The position numbers and the translations under genes were made by a program. DNA of 64,000 nt from the NCBI GenBank assembly GCA_002269645.1, contig NIVC01002728.1:81819-145818 (forward strand), in the 5' to 3' direction. Source of the stretch: Macrostomum lignano. Its lineage: Eukaryota. The notes below the pieces were generated by a model. It saw only the letters and a list, made by a program, of their open reading frames with translations, did not search any database and was not told where the DNA came from. Below are positions 47,106 through 58,559 of the stretch, one piece after another. Every line of letters begins with the position of its first letter. Position 1 is the first letter of the stretch.

Positions 47106-47839
47106 TTACAAGGTTTAATTCAGGTCGCGTCTTAAATAAGCAGAGCACTAAAATATTTAACTTAGACATGTCAAAGCTCGACCTACTCCCAGCTCAAGCT
47201 CAAGCTATTCTACAGGTTCTAACCTCAGGAATAAAGTCAACCGCAGGCAGTTCTGTCCGAGGGCTACTCGCAATGTGTTTAAATCAATTCAGTAGATGCT
47301 CACTTTGATGGTCACTCTGATTCTTACCTGAGAGCTGAGACTTCATGATTTAAAAGCTCTACTATAATCTCGGTGAACTAAGGTAAAATCGGTAAAATCA
47401 ACTAAGGTCTTGGCCCCTAACAACTATCTCGCAGTTAAAACAAAATTCAAAAAACCTCAGCTATTGAACTTATCGATTTTTTTACCTGGTGCAGATATAT
47501 GTCAGCTCTTTAAAACACTGGTTCGCAATCAACGATCACCAAAGCTGACATGCCTAAAACAAGATGTGCTTTAGTGAACTCTTTACAACCCTTTTTTACC
47601 TTACTATGAATTAGCAATAAATAAATAGAAAAGGATCATGTCTTTTATTTTGCGTGTTTGCTATGCCAAAATAATTAAAACTTTCAAACTGATATCACGC
47701 GAGGAAGCTAATAATCGTATATATTTATTGTATTAACTTTCCAACCCACATTTAGAAAAGCACCATGCACCAAAAGTCTGGGATAAGTTAAGCAGTCATG
47801 AGTCAGAACTGTCTGCTGAACAATACGAGCGCGGTAAGC

Positions 47840-49211
47840 TCAATAGCACTTGAACTTCATCAGAGTGCGCCGCATTGGAACGTATTTCCCGTTCACAGCG
47901 AAGCTGTTGTACGTTGGATTGTGAGTGATCTTTCTGTCGGTGGTGTAGGCTCCGTTCAGGTTTACATGGTGGCACGAGCCGTACCACCAACCACCGTAGC
48001 CAAACCTTCGAGAGCACGAATGCCTGTAGCTGTCGTGATCTCTGTCGAATGTGCTGAACCTCTTCTCTTTGTGGTAGAGAAACCCGTTGCCCAGTGCTGA
48101 CCGGCCGACCTGCTGTCCGACGCGAAGGCGGTACTGCTGCTCAGGACCGAGCACTTGGAACATTCTGAACTCGGCTTTGTACTTCTTGCCTTTTAAGCTC
48201 TGAGCCTCGATTCTCAACCGGCACCGCGAAGTCAAGGCGTAGCCGTTCTTTTCACCAGTTTTCGTCATCTCCGACAGACGGTCCAAGCCTGTGGGTTGGA
48301 AATACAGAATAGTTAACCCCCCATTTAGGTATTTACGCAATTACTTCGTCACTGTAAAAAGCCGGTTCGCAATTTGTCAGAAAGGACTGAAAGTTACTTT
48401 GACCAACTGGAAGTTATTTTGACTAACTGGAAGCTACTTTGACTAACTGGAAGTTACTTTGACCAGGTATCTGAAGTTTTTTAGCTCCGCTTCTGCTCAA
48501 CTCACCCATCCAGTAGTTGGAGCTGGGATTTCCGAATCCCTTCACATAGGAGTCCCAGTTCTGAGCGAACGAGAGGCTGCCGTCGACCCGCCTCTGAAAC
48601 ACGATCCAGCGGTGCCGGTTGCACCTCAGCCTCGGCAGGTTGGCGCTGCTCCTGCCGCCGAACCTCACCGGACTGCTGCCGACTCTGCCGAACGCTTCGA
48701 ACTGCAGTGCCCGACCGATGTCTGATGGGTTGCTCACGAGCTCGTCTCTGAGGTACCGGCACCTGCGGAACGAGCTGCACAGGAAGATGAGGTCGGCCCT
48801 CCTGCCCGAGTTTTTTACCCTCGCCATCACGGAGAGCCCGGACTGTCGGCTTGACAAGCCTTGATCCGCCTTCACATTCAGCCCGATGATTGACACGCGG
48901 CCGACTTTCTTCGACGAGCCCTTGCGCGATCGGAGCGTGTTTGCATCGATGCGAACTGACAGAGTCAGCTGGTACTTCATGTAAACCCGGCTGAATTTCA
49001 GAGCACTGCATGAGGACTGGAAAGCAACTCTCGGCTCGGCAACGCGAACGCCATCGATTTCAAAGACGTCCAACTTCGATCCTTTGAATTTGGTGGTGCC
49101 GACTCGAGCGAAGCTGCCGACATCCATGTAACCCGACTGTCCGTTGATATCCGCAGATGTGCAGCAGGCGAGAGCCAGCAGAAGGCCGGTGATCAGAGTC
49201 CAGGACTGCAT
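47840..49211 (-). CDS. Secreted fibrinogen-related domain (FReD) protein, ficolin/tachylectin-5-like C-terminus, 384 aa
   Basis: Exons 49211-48506 and 48288-47840 total 1155 nt with a phase-1 GT-AG intron. Signal MQSWTLITGLLLALACCTSA; motifs WIVFQRRVDGSLSF..NWDSYVKGFG...NYWMGLDRL, YRL, FSTFDRDHD, GGWWYGSCHHVNLNG. Confidence 0.93.
48385..48465. repeat. 20-bp repeat x4 (GACTAACTGGAAGTTACTTT) in the FReD intron
   Basis: Direct observation. Confidence 0.85.
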
Positions 49212-49288
49212 TTTGGCCGCAAGTTAAGCTAGTTAGAGTTATTGACTGAGTTCTGACCGAGGCGATGAGGGCCGCTGCAGGATTAGGG

Positions 49289-49298
49289 TTATATATAA
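49289..49298 (-). promoter_or_regulatory. Possible TATA box of the FReD gene
   Basis: TTATATATAA about 80 bp upstream of the ATG at 49211, in a locally GC-richer context. Position-based inference only. Confidence 0.45.
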
Positions 49299-52200
49299 CC
49301 GATTGATAAGGCTCTTAGAGGATCCCCACCTCCTCCAAATCGCCTGAAGTTGTCGAAACCGCCCTTCGGCTCAAAGCTTTTCTGAACAGGTGCGAAGCGT
49401 TTGAATCGGTTTCTGTCCGACAATATTTTTGGTCCGCCTTAGCAGCTGTTTGACAAAAATTTTCGAGGACTGCAATAACCCAAGAAAGTAACGCTTGAGA
49501 GTGTCTGAGCTACCGCTTAGCACATTTTTTGCGGGGTAATGGTGTTGGAAATATTTCCTATTGAGCAGTAATGCGTCGAATATCTAAATAGGGAACTGAC
49601 GAGAAATTTTGGAATCCCAGAACCTAAGCGATCGATTGTAAATGCCTCACTGAGAAACGAGCTTTATTGGGCGTTTTCCGCTTTCGTTTGAATATCTGCT
49701 GGACTGAAGGCGAAGATAATCGAGAGTGAAGACGACTCAAAATTTGCCTGACATAAGTCTCACTGACTTTGCAGTAGCGTATCGTTCTTTATTCAAATAG
49801 TTTTGAATATCGATAGTAATATACGAAGCAATTATTATTTATAAGGTAGTCACTTGTTATTCCAACTTGCCTAAAGAATCTATTGCAATTGTGAAAGTGT
49901 ATATATTTTAGGGTCCAATTGGTAAGGGAAATCAAAAAGTTCTGAACTAGGTTAATTTGCTACAATAAAATCAACGTGACTCCTCTTTGTTCAAAGCAAG
50001 CCTAATCTAATTTTTCCTCTTTTTCCTTTATTTTCTCAAAGTTTCTCGAAAATTCATCTCATTTGATAAGAATCCAGCGCATCGTGGTGATGGGTTTCGA
50101 CCTTTCGGCCCCCTTGTGGGGAAGCCTTCGGGCCTCAGGTCTCAGCAATAAATCAATTAGAGTCCTGGCCCCCCACTCCTGTCAGATGGTCAGCCCCATG
50201 GTAGCTTGATCGTGTGGCGAGCAGTCTAGGTCCTATAGCTAAGAGAGGGACAGCGAGAGACAAGCAGGGAGAATTTTGAAGGTAGAAATTAGTTAATCTG
50301 CAGATTAGCTAACCCGCTGCCACCAGCCTGGCTCGTCCTGGCTCACCACACCGGGACTCTCGAAATCGGGCTTCCGACTAGAAGGGGTTTGCACATACCT
50401 GCCAACTAGTGTCTTTTTGCTGTCTATCTCGAAGTCACAGCCGATGATAAGGGACACTGCTGGGACTAGATCGCATTGGCCATGCAGGTACAGAGGGGAC
50501 TTGTGTAGGGGATTCTTGCAGTGGCGAGACAATGGGATAGCTACATGTACTATTACATTGTTGAATACGAAGAATTGTACTTTTGGCCTTCAACGCGCCA
50601 ACTAGCCTCTCTTAGCGCTGATGATAGGCTAACTCGAACATCAGAGACCGCATGATTCATCACCCGAGCCACTTGGCTAACCTAGAGTGCACAGAGTACA
50701 TCTCTGGAGCCGATTATGCACTATTGGCAATTTCGCTAACTGATTTGATAGATTGATCGACTGAGAACTGCCTTGCCATTGGTCCACTGTGACCGGCGCC
50801 TACTAGCTTAGCTATTCATCTGAGCCATCGGCGAACAAAGAAATAAAACCGATAAAAATAACTGTTAGATCTAACCTTCTCCTTAGATCACTTCACACTT
50901 CAGATTGAATTGGAGTTTTAGACTACTAATAGTATTATTAAGTGATTTCTGCCTCGATAACAGCACTGCTGAACAAAATGAGCAAAAGTGTGCGCCTAAT
51001 CCAGCTACTGAAACAGGGGACAGATAAGGAATCACCCAATCAAGCAAGTCTAGGCAGCCTCTCACCCAACCAATCAGAAACTCATCAGCCGGAGACCAGG
51101 TAATCCACAGTGACCGAATCGGCTCGATGCTTCGCAGCTGTAGACTCGGGATGATGCTGTCACAGTCTTCGCAGATAGCTAGCAGGTGATGGTCTTAACT
51201 TTGATGTTCGCTGCTGGTGACCGGGGGACTCGTCCTTGATGATGATGAGGGGGAAGTCGCAATCCGGGGATCAAGAAACGACGGTCAGGCTCCGGGAACC
51301 AGAAATGTCGGGAAGGTTCCTCCGCGGGAGAGCCGGTTGTGGGTCCGGGCGGACCAAAAACACCGGTTTAAATAGCCGCCAACTGGACCGCAGATTGTTA
51401 TAATGGAACACGTCGATTCTGATTGGCTGAGCTGATTTGTTAAAATCAGCGTCGAATTTTCTGATTGGCTAAGCTTGTTGCCACCCAAAGTCACGTGACC
51501 GGGAGATCCTATCAGTTCCCACAGGGTCGTAAAAACATGACAGGTGCGGCCATAAATCAGTCCAAATCGCAACAAAATGATTTATGACTTTTCGCGTAGA
51601 ATTGACAAAAATGAATGAAAAAGTATACATTAGAAAGCTCTCATTAAATAGAAAGTGAAGATAATGAAGAGAAATCACTAATCGCTAATCCCAAAGTACT
51701 TTTAGGGGTAAAACGCATAGCTGTCAAAGCTGTCACACGCTTGAGTGAACACGACAATAGACCTCACAAATCTTGATGGCCTGTCAAAATGATGAGAAAA
51801 AAAGCTATCATTCGCATCCTCTCAGACCATCTGGCGCCCGCCTCAACACTGAGTGAGGCGCAGGTGGCTGTCAGACCAGCTTTGAAAGCGATGATTTATG
51901 ACCCAAAAAGCTGCGCCTATGTTATTATGACTACTAGTATGACCAAACATTATATCTAGTATAGATTCTATGACAATTCGCAGAAACAGGATAAAAATGC
52001 CCATTGCCTACTGTTAGTAGGCTAGTAAGTTTAGAGCCCATGTGCTAGCGCGGGATTTGGAAAAAAGTGCGTCCTCATCAGGGGAATAAAAACAAGTAAA
52101 AACATTGGTGACGAAAATCAAGAAGAGATAGAGGTGAAACTGAGCAAGCGTGGACAGATTAAATTATTCAATCAATTGAAACAAATTAAATCAAATTAAT

Positions 52201-52388
52201 CTTATCCTTCCTATATATTAAAAATATATTTGAACCAAAGAAATCTATGGCTAATACTCAATTTAGACGCAACCATAACATATGGCACTGCAAAATCAAC
52301 ATGCACATGTCTTGTTAAAATATAAGCATGCTGTGCTGACTTCGTTCATATGTAACGAGGTCTGCTCAGCATTGAAGCAACTGACATC

Positions 52389-53233
52389 ATGAAAACGCTG
52401 CTACTTCTGCTGGTAAATACTCCGTCAAAATGGTTCACCTGTTCCACTTTTGCGTTCGGCTTCTCCTACTTTATCCTAACAAGTCGCTGTAAGCATTATT
52501 TATGATATTCATAAATGTGTTTTCTGTTGTTAACTACAGATTTGTTAACTACAAATAATAAAGCCTTGTTATTTGTTCAGCTTCCACAGATGCTGCCGTA
52601 CTATTTAGAGGTCAGCGCAACCTCCTTCAACCGGTTGGTCCTTCTCAGTTGGTGCTCATGCCCGATGGGAACGGCTCTAACAACATAGTAGCTTATAATG
52701 CTCGCCACCCTCCACGTAACTCGAATAGAATTCAAAGTGACGATTCGAACCCCGCAGTCTGTGAGGTCACTCGGTCAGACGGCAGCTTGCATTACGTTGT
52801 CTGCAAGCAGTCTTCAAGCTATGGAGACTCGTTCTGTTGCGGCAGACGGCCAGCTCAGTACTGCTGCAGCTCCGAAAGCAAAAATCGAAGGAAGTCGGAC
52901 AATTCTCAATCTGGTTTGATCGAAAGAATTGGCGTGTTCGCCATCGGTTTAGTCTGCTCCCTGCTGTTCTCCTGCTGTCTCTGCCTTATAGTCTGTCTGT
53001 GCATTGTGCAGCCGAAATGGCGTCAACGAACAGCGGTTGGCGCCATGCAGAGACGCACCGGTGGATCCGAGAAAAGCGGCTCTTCGGTGGCGTCTCAGAA
53101 AACTCTGTCGTCCATGCCGTCTCGTCCGGCGTCTCCGTCCCCGCCGCCGATGCAGCCTCCGCGGCAGCCTCAGATACCGCTTTCGCTGCAACTGCCTCCG
53201 CCGCCGCCGCCTTACTCACCTCCTGCTCAATAG
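52389..53233 (+). CDS. Shisa-like (6-Cys) single-pass membrane protein with a PPxY tail, ~250 aa
   Basis: Exons 52389-52488 and 52581-53233 (alternative acceptor 52590), phase 1. Pattern C-x13-C-x10-CC-x7-CC, TM segment IGVFAIGLVCSLLFSCCLCLIVCLCIV, Pro-rich tail ending PPPPPYSPPAQ. Exon 1 is less certain. Confidence 0.85.
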
Positions 53234-54206
53234 CGGTAGCTGAATCAGTAGCAGCTTGTCAATGCGCACAAGCTTGATCTTTCAATTTACAGGTAAGAGA
53301 TAAACAAAATCGAATTATTTTATAAGAAAGAGCATTATGACTAAGGCTGTGGCCATTAAAAGGACAAGACAATTCATGTAGCTGAATGAAATTCATGTAA
53401 CTCAAAACCAAAAGCATGAGCAATAGGCGAAAATTTGAAAAAAAAATTTCTGACCTAAAGTAAAAAGTAGTCCGTTTTTCTGTTTAAGCTATTTGAATTT
53501 AGAAAACGGTCTTAATTTAAACGATCTTAATTAAAAAAGGCCTGCTATCTTCTAAATTCTTCTGAATTTCGATTACAAAAAGACATAAGCCAACCTCGGA
53601 AATCTTTTAGGGGCTCTCCCTGGGTACTCCCTTCATGGCATGAGTGCTCCCTTTAATGCAGGGGTGCTCTCTGAAAGGGACGAGAGCTGTTTAAATCTCA
53701 TTAATTCGATTATTTACTTGCTTTACTAACGAAAGACGCCACGCATGTTTCAGTTATTCTTCCGCTCTGCATTCGGCAATCGGAAAGCACTTGAAATTGC
53801 AACAAAAATACGTCCAAGGTCTTTGAAGTGAATTGCAGCAAGCCGCGTTTGTGGCGCCAACCAAACAGTAACAATAGAAAAATACCTGTAACATGAAATC
53901 AACATTCGTTCCCTGTCTACTCTGCGTGTACTAAAACACAAAAAGTCCACTACGGACAGAGTTACACCGTAATAATGTCGCTATTTGTGTAATATTTTCT
54001 CCGTATCTTCACATGCGCAAGCATCATGCGCTACACATTGAAATATGCTGTAAAGAATATCATTTCTTTCGTTTAATAAACTTCTTTTAAGCACAGAAAT
54101 ATCTTCTTAAAGGAGTCAGCGGGAACGGGCAGAATTCCTTCAGCGCCGTCACATCAACGTTGCACAATGGTGACCACAACCATGCTGCAAGTATTATCGA
54201 TATTAA

Positions 54207-54573
54207 AGGGGGACCGTAGCCCAGCGGTCTAGCGCAGGCTCTGATGTGCCAGCGACCCAGGCTCGATTCCAAGTGCAGTCACATTAATTTGGGGCTGAAT
54301 TGGAATCTCGGCTTGGCTCTGCTCGTGCAATTAACGGCCTTGAGAGCCAACCCCCCAAGGCGCAGTGAAGTGTACATGCCTAACGATAATATAAAGTTAG
54401 GGCCGCTGTACACTCCTGTGTGAGTGTGTGCCTGCGTACGTATCCGCGCGCTTGTGTGCCTGCTCAGGGGAGTCGGCGGAATGGGGTAGTAATGCCTCTC
54501 GCCGGTTGTGTGTTGATGTCGCTTGAAGTGCGCCAGGGTGCACACAACCCCCCCTGCCTCTAATAAAAATAAC
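54207..54573 (+). mobile_element. tRNA-derived SINE, family B (367 bp), with a 12-bp TSD
   Basis: A box TAGCCCAGCGG, B box GGCTCGATTCC, tail TAATAAAAATAAC. TATCGATATTAA duplicated at 54195-54206 and 54574-54585. Confidence 0.85.
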
Positions 54574-54594
54574 TATCGATATTAACAATAATTG

Positions 54595-55130
54595 AATATT
54601 AATTAATTACACCTGCCCCAATGGGCAGATAAGCAGCCAAAGCTCAGCCGCAGCTATTTGCGTGGCGCATCTGAAGGCGGTTCGCCCGCGGCGACGACAG
54701 CCCGCTCGGACTGGCCGTTCTGCACCCGCCGACCGAACGGTTCCGCCGCGGCCAAGGGCGGACCCAGACGCTCGGAGAGACACTTGTTGCCGACCTGGAG
54801 GCAATTGGACTGACCCCCCAGACTGCTGCGACCTGCCCTGCCCCTCTTTTTCGCAATCTTGTGCGCGCTATCGCCCCCTGACCCAAGCGTCGTTTTAATG
54901 TAATGTAATGTAATCTGAAGGCTGCGTATGGCTGTTCAGTCAAAGGACTGGGGGCCGTCACACACAGCCTCAGTTACCCCAGCTAATGCTGGCATCATTT
55001 TACAGCTGGGTGAACTGAAATAATGCAAAGTTAAGTGTCTTGCTCAAGGACACAAATTGTTCTGAGTAGGTCGAGAATCGAACCCAAGACCTTCCAGTCG
55101 CGAGTCCGACGCTCTAACCACTAGGCTACA
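54595..55130 (-). mobile_element. SINE family A copy interrupted by an RTE 3' fragment
   Basis: Family-A sequence lies on both sides of 54679-54912. Confidence 0.88.
54679..54912 (+). mobile_element. 5'-truncated RTE 3' end with a (TAATG)n tail and a 10-bp TSD
   Basis: Encodes PLGLAVLHPPTERFRRGQGRTQTL..DLEAIGLTPQTAATCP, homologous to the frame-corrected C-terminus of the 1147-4369 element. ATCTGAAGGC at 54669-54678 and 54913-54922. Confidence 0.92.
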
Positions 55131-55368
55131 GCAAAAAATATGATTAACCATGAATTATAATTTTGTTTATAAGATTCGGTTCTCACAAAACCCACCTTTC
55201 TAATCATTTTCAAGATTATTCCATAGACAAAAGTTTCCACTGTTAAAGAAGACCTGTTTTGCTTTTGTTAAAGAAGAATTACGAATAGCTATTAAATACA
55301 AAGTCGTATAAGTCTGAAAAACGATTTTTTCACGCTTAAAAGACGCCACTTGCTCCCAGCTAAACGAC

Positions 55369-57987
55369 ATGAGCAGTTCTGCAACAAGCAGATTAGCGAC
55401 TGTATTTATTATTTTGTTTATTGGAATTATTTTTGAGGTACAAAACTGTAAGTAAATCTGACAATAACTTTTTCTGATATGATAAAAATAGAGCAAAATT
55501 TAGAAAGGAGACCTGTGAATACAGTTTGTCGATTTAATTCAATTTAAAGCTGTGCTTTAAAGTATTTTAAGTTGATTATTATGCAGTGCACACTCCATGC
55601 CAAAATCAATTTATAGCCTATTTATATGATTACAGGTTCATCTTTTTCGTCTAAATTGGGGATGCGCACAAAAATAGGTGGAGGATATAAAGGGTAATTT
55701 GTTAGAAAATTGTTTAAAACCTATTTCTTCACATAAAACTTGTTATAAATCAAACGTGACACACAATTATGTTTCAGTGGAATCCGTGGCAAAGAGAATG
55801 ACTTCAAGTTCGATAGTATCTTCATACCGCAAAAATTGCTCTACTTATTCAAACACGCCCCCAGTGGCCTTACCTCCAAATACAGCCCATATCGGACAGA
55901 TTTAAACTTTGGCCAAGTCGCAGTTTGCTTCGGTGATCGCTTGGCATTACTGAAAAGTTACAACATGTTTGTTTGTCCGGAATCCGATGATGGTTCCAAG
56001 GCGAGCTCGTACGCTGACTTGGTTGCCAGGCCGGGTTCCAAGTCTTATTGCTGCGGCCCAGCTGGCAATCAGAAGTGCTGCTCAAAAGACGAGTTTACAG
56101 TCAAGAAGACGGCGTTGAACCCACCACTAGGAGGCAGCGCAAGCCCAACGGCAGCCACCGCAAGTTCAATTGCTATCACTGCAACAAATCAGAGAATTCA
56201 GAACACTACTATTGCATCAGGCAAAGAAAAAAAGTCCGATAAAAAATCTGAAAAATCCAAGGGCCTATCCAAAACAATGATAGCCATTATCTGCGGCAGT
56301 GTTTCAGCTGGCGTTATCCTGATTGGTCTGCTGATTTTCTGCATCGTCTGTTGTCGTGGAAATAAGAAACCGAAAAATGCTTTTCCGGTAAGCATGTTTT
56401 GCAGTTACTTATTATAATCGTTCTAATGATGAGTCTCGCACAGTAGTAAAAAATCAGGGACAAATTGGTTAAGCTGAGATTTGCGACTTGTTTTACTGTC
56501 GAGACTCATATTTATAGTCACTCAAAATAGAAACGCATCGATCGTTAGCTCATCAACAGTGACGCAACCCAGTGGCGCCACAATAAGATACATTAGTTTA
56601 GTTCTATGCGAAAGCTGTGGTCGATATGTGGGCTAAAGATTTCACTACTGCCAATATACCGACTCCTTTGCTCTTGGAGGTCTCGAAAAATGATTTAGGT
56701 TCATTAGCCCGTATTCTCTGAAAGCTATGGCTTGTAGTTAAAAATCTTGGGCAAACCCAAGTTAAAAAATCCTGTTTAACAAAAGTTGTTTTGCTGCGTT
56801 AAGCATTAAAACCATTAATTCACGTTGGTTTTTAAATTAAAATGAGTGCAACTAAAGGTGAAAGATACGGCCAACTGGCTTTCTAAGCTTTATTTTCTGG
56901 TCACTAGATGTCTAGAAAGTCATTGACAAGCATTATGCTACCCATTGACACGTATGCAGAATGTGTGCTATTGTCCGTATTAGCGTGTTATTGACCATAG
57001 ACAAAGCATTAGTTTAACGAGTTAGTGAGTTGAGTTATTAACGTTAATAAATTAAAAACAACAAAAACAACATAACCAACTTTTGACACGGGAATCCTGG
57101 CAGAAAATTCACGTCGGGGAAAAGCAATGATATTAGGGGTAAGGAATAGAAGTGTCTCAAGCAAAGTGTGACAAGCAGTCATGAAACCTTGCGAGGGTTA
57201 TGTGCGCTAGTTTTAATTACGGCCAAAGACATGTCTTTGTTGCAGAAGCAAAGCGAACGTCACAAAAAGAGCGATCGATCGTCAGAAGGCTTTCTAGACA
57301 CAAGGTGCATCATAGAGGCTAAAGAATAAGGAATTTTGTTAGACATTGTACATTGTGTCAGACATAGTGTCAGACATGTGTCAGACATAGTGTCAGACAT
57401 GTGTCAGACATAGTGTCAGACATTGTTAGATTTTTTTAGACATGGTGGAAGGAGAAAATCCTGAGGGACAGTGAAGCGGGAAAAAGAGTAAAATATGGAG
57501 ATATGACATAAAATAATAACAAAGGTTACAATACGTCTTTAATTTATGCTGGAACCCAACCTGATGAAACTTTCAAACACTGACTCGCTGACATCAGGCG
57601 AATCAACAGTATGGCACCAATCAAAAGCCTACAGCTTACGGAGGTTACCCTCAGCAGCATTCGACGCCTTACTCCTATGCTCCGTCATCATATCAAGCAG
57701 AGTCAATGCAGCAGCAGTACCTACCGCCTGCGGCTCCATTTCAATCACAACCGATGCAGCAGCAGAAGCAGTACCTTCCGCCACCACCACCACCACCACC
57801 ACCGCCTCAACCGCTGCATTCAACGCCGCCGGCGCCGCCACCACCTCCACCGTCGCCTCCACCGCTGCATTTAAAGCCACCGGCGCCGCCACCGCCGCTA
57901 CCAACGCCGCCACCGTCACTACCGCCGTCTTTATCGCCACCACCACCACCCCCACATTCACCTCCGCCACCGCCGTCACAGTACTGA
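55369..57987 (+). CDS. Shisa-like (6-Cys) single-pass membrane protein with a polyproline tail, 378 aa
   Basis: Exons 55369-55447, 55636-55693, 55778-56387, 57598-57987 total 1137 nt, phases 1,2,0. Signal ...LATVFIILFIGIIF; pattern C-x15-C(FVCPE)-x24-CC-x7-CC; Ser/Thr-rich stalk; TM IAIICGSVSAGVILIGLLIFCIVCC; tail rich in Q/Y/P. The two small 5' exons are inferred from splice sites and phase only. Confidence 0.85.
57348..57425. repeat. Short ~12-bp array (TGTCAGACATAG / TGTCAGACATG)
   Basis: Direct observation. Confidence 0.8.
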
Positions 57988-58559
57988 ACGAGTCTGGAAG
58001 CGCTGCTATAAAAACTTTTACTCAGTTTGAATACATAAAAAAGTGCCATACTTTATTGTAAGCCTTGCTGAATTAACAGTTGAAGTATTTCGTAAACCTT
58101 CCGATGAAGATTCATCGTTGGCAGCTAATCCAGCTAAATATATCGGGATAGTTGCCTGACTTATACAATCTTATTCCATACTACAGCTGTGTTGCAATAT
58201 TTTATGAGAGATTAGGCAGTGTTTTTCAAAAAATTGATGACAATTAAAAAACAATAGTTTAATACCGTACATAAAAATATGCAGCGCATGTGCCCTTCTG
58301 TTTGCAGGGAGCGATGCACTTTGGGGCTTGCTGGGGGGGGGGTTGGCGAGCGTGGCAGGGTCTGGTTTGCGCCCGGGTTTTTTGACTCAAATAAATCGAG
58401 AACCACCCAAAAGGATAAACGCGCATCTGATAACTCGGGTTGCCTAGCGTCATGACGCCGGGAAAGTGGACCCTATACATTATATTTTCCTATACTTCAA
58501 TTATATTGTCCCACTGTATAAGCACCATATAATGTCACAACATCTCTAGGAGCAACGCT

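Noticed and set aside
50230-51500. GC-richer stretch with an 11-bp inverted repeat (GCTAAGAGAGG/CCTCTCTTAGC) and several CCAAT-like boxes
   Set aside because: No termini, TSD or coding motifs could be defined. Likely repeat-derived but unsupported.
57546-58061. Ala/Thr-rich 171-aa ORF and Gly- or Val-rich antisense ORFs; also the antisense ORFs over the RTE, FReD, Shisa-1 and Gypsy regions
   Set aside because: They are alternative frames of the polyproline exon or shadows of GC-rich coding sequence. The Pro-rich frame is the one in phase with the upstream exon.
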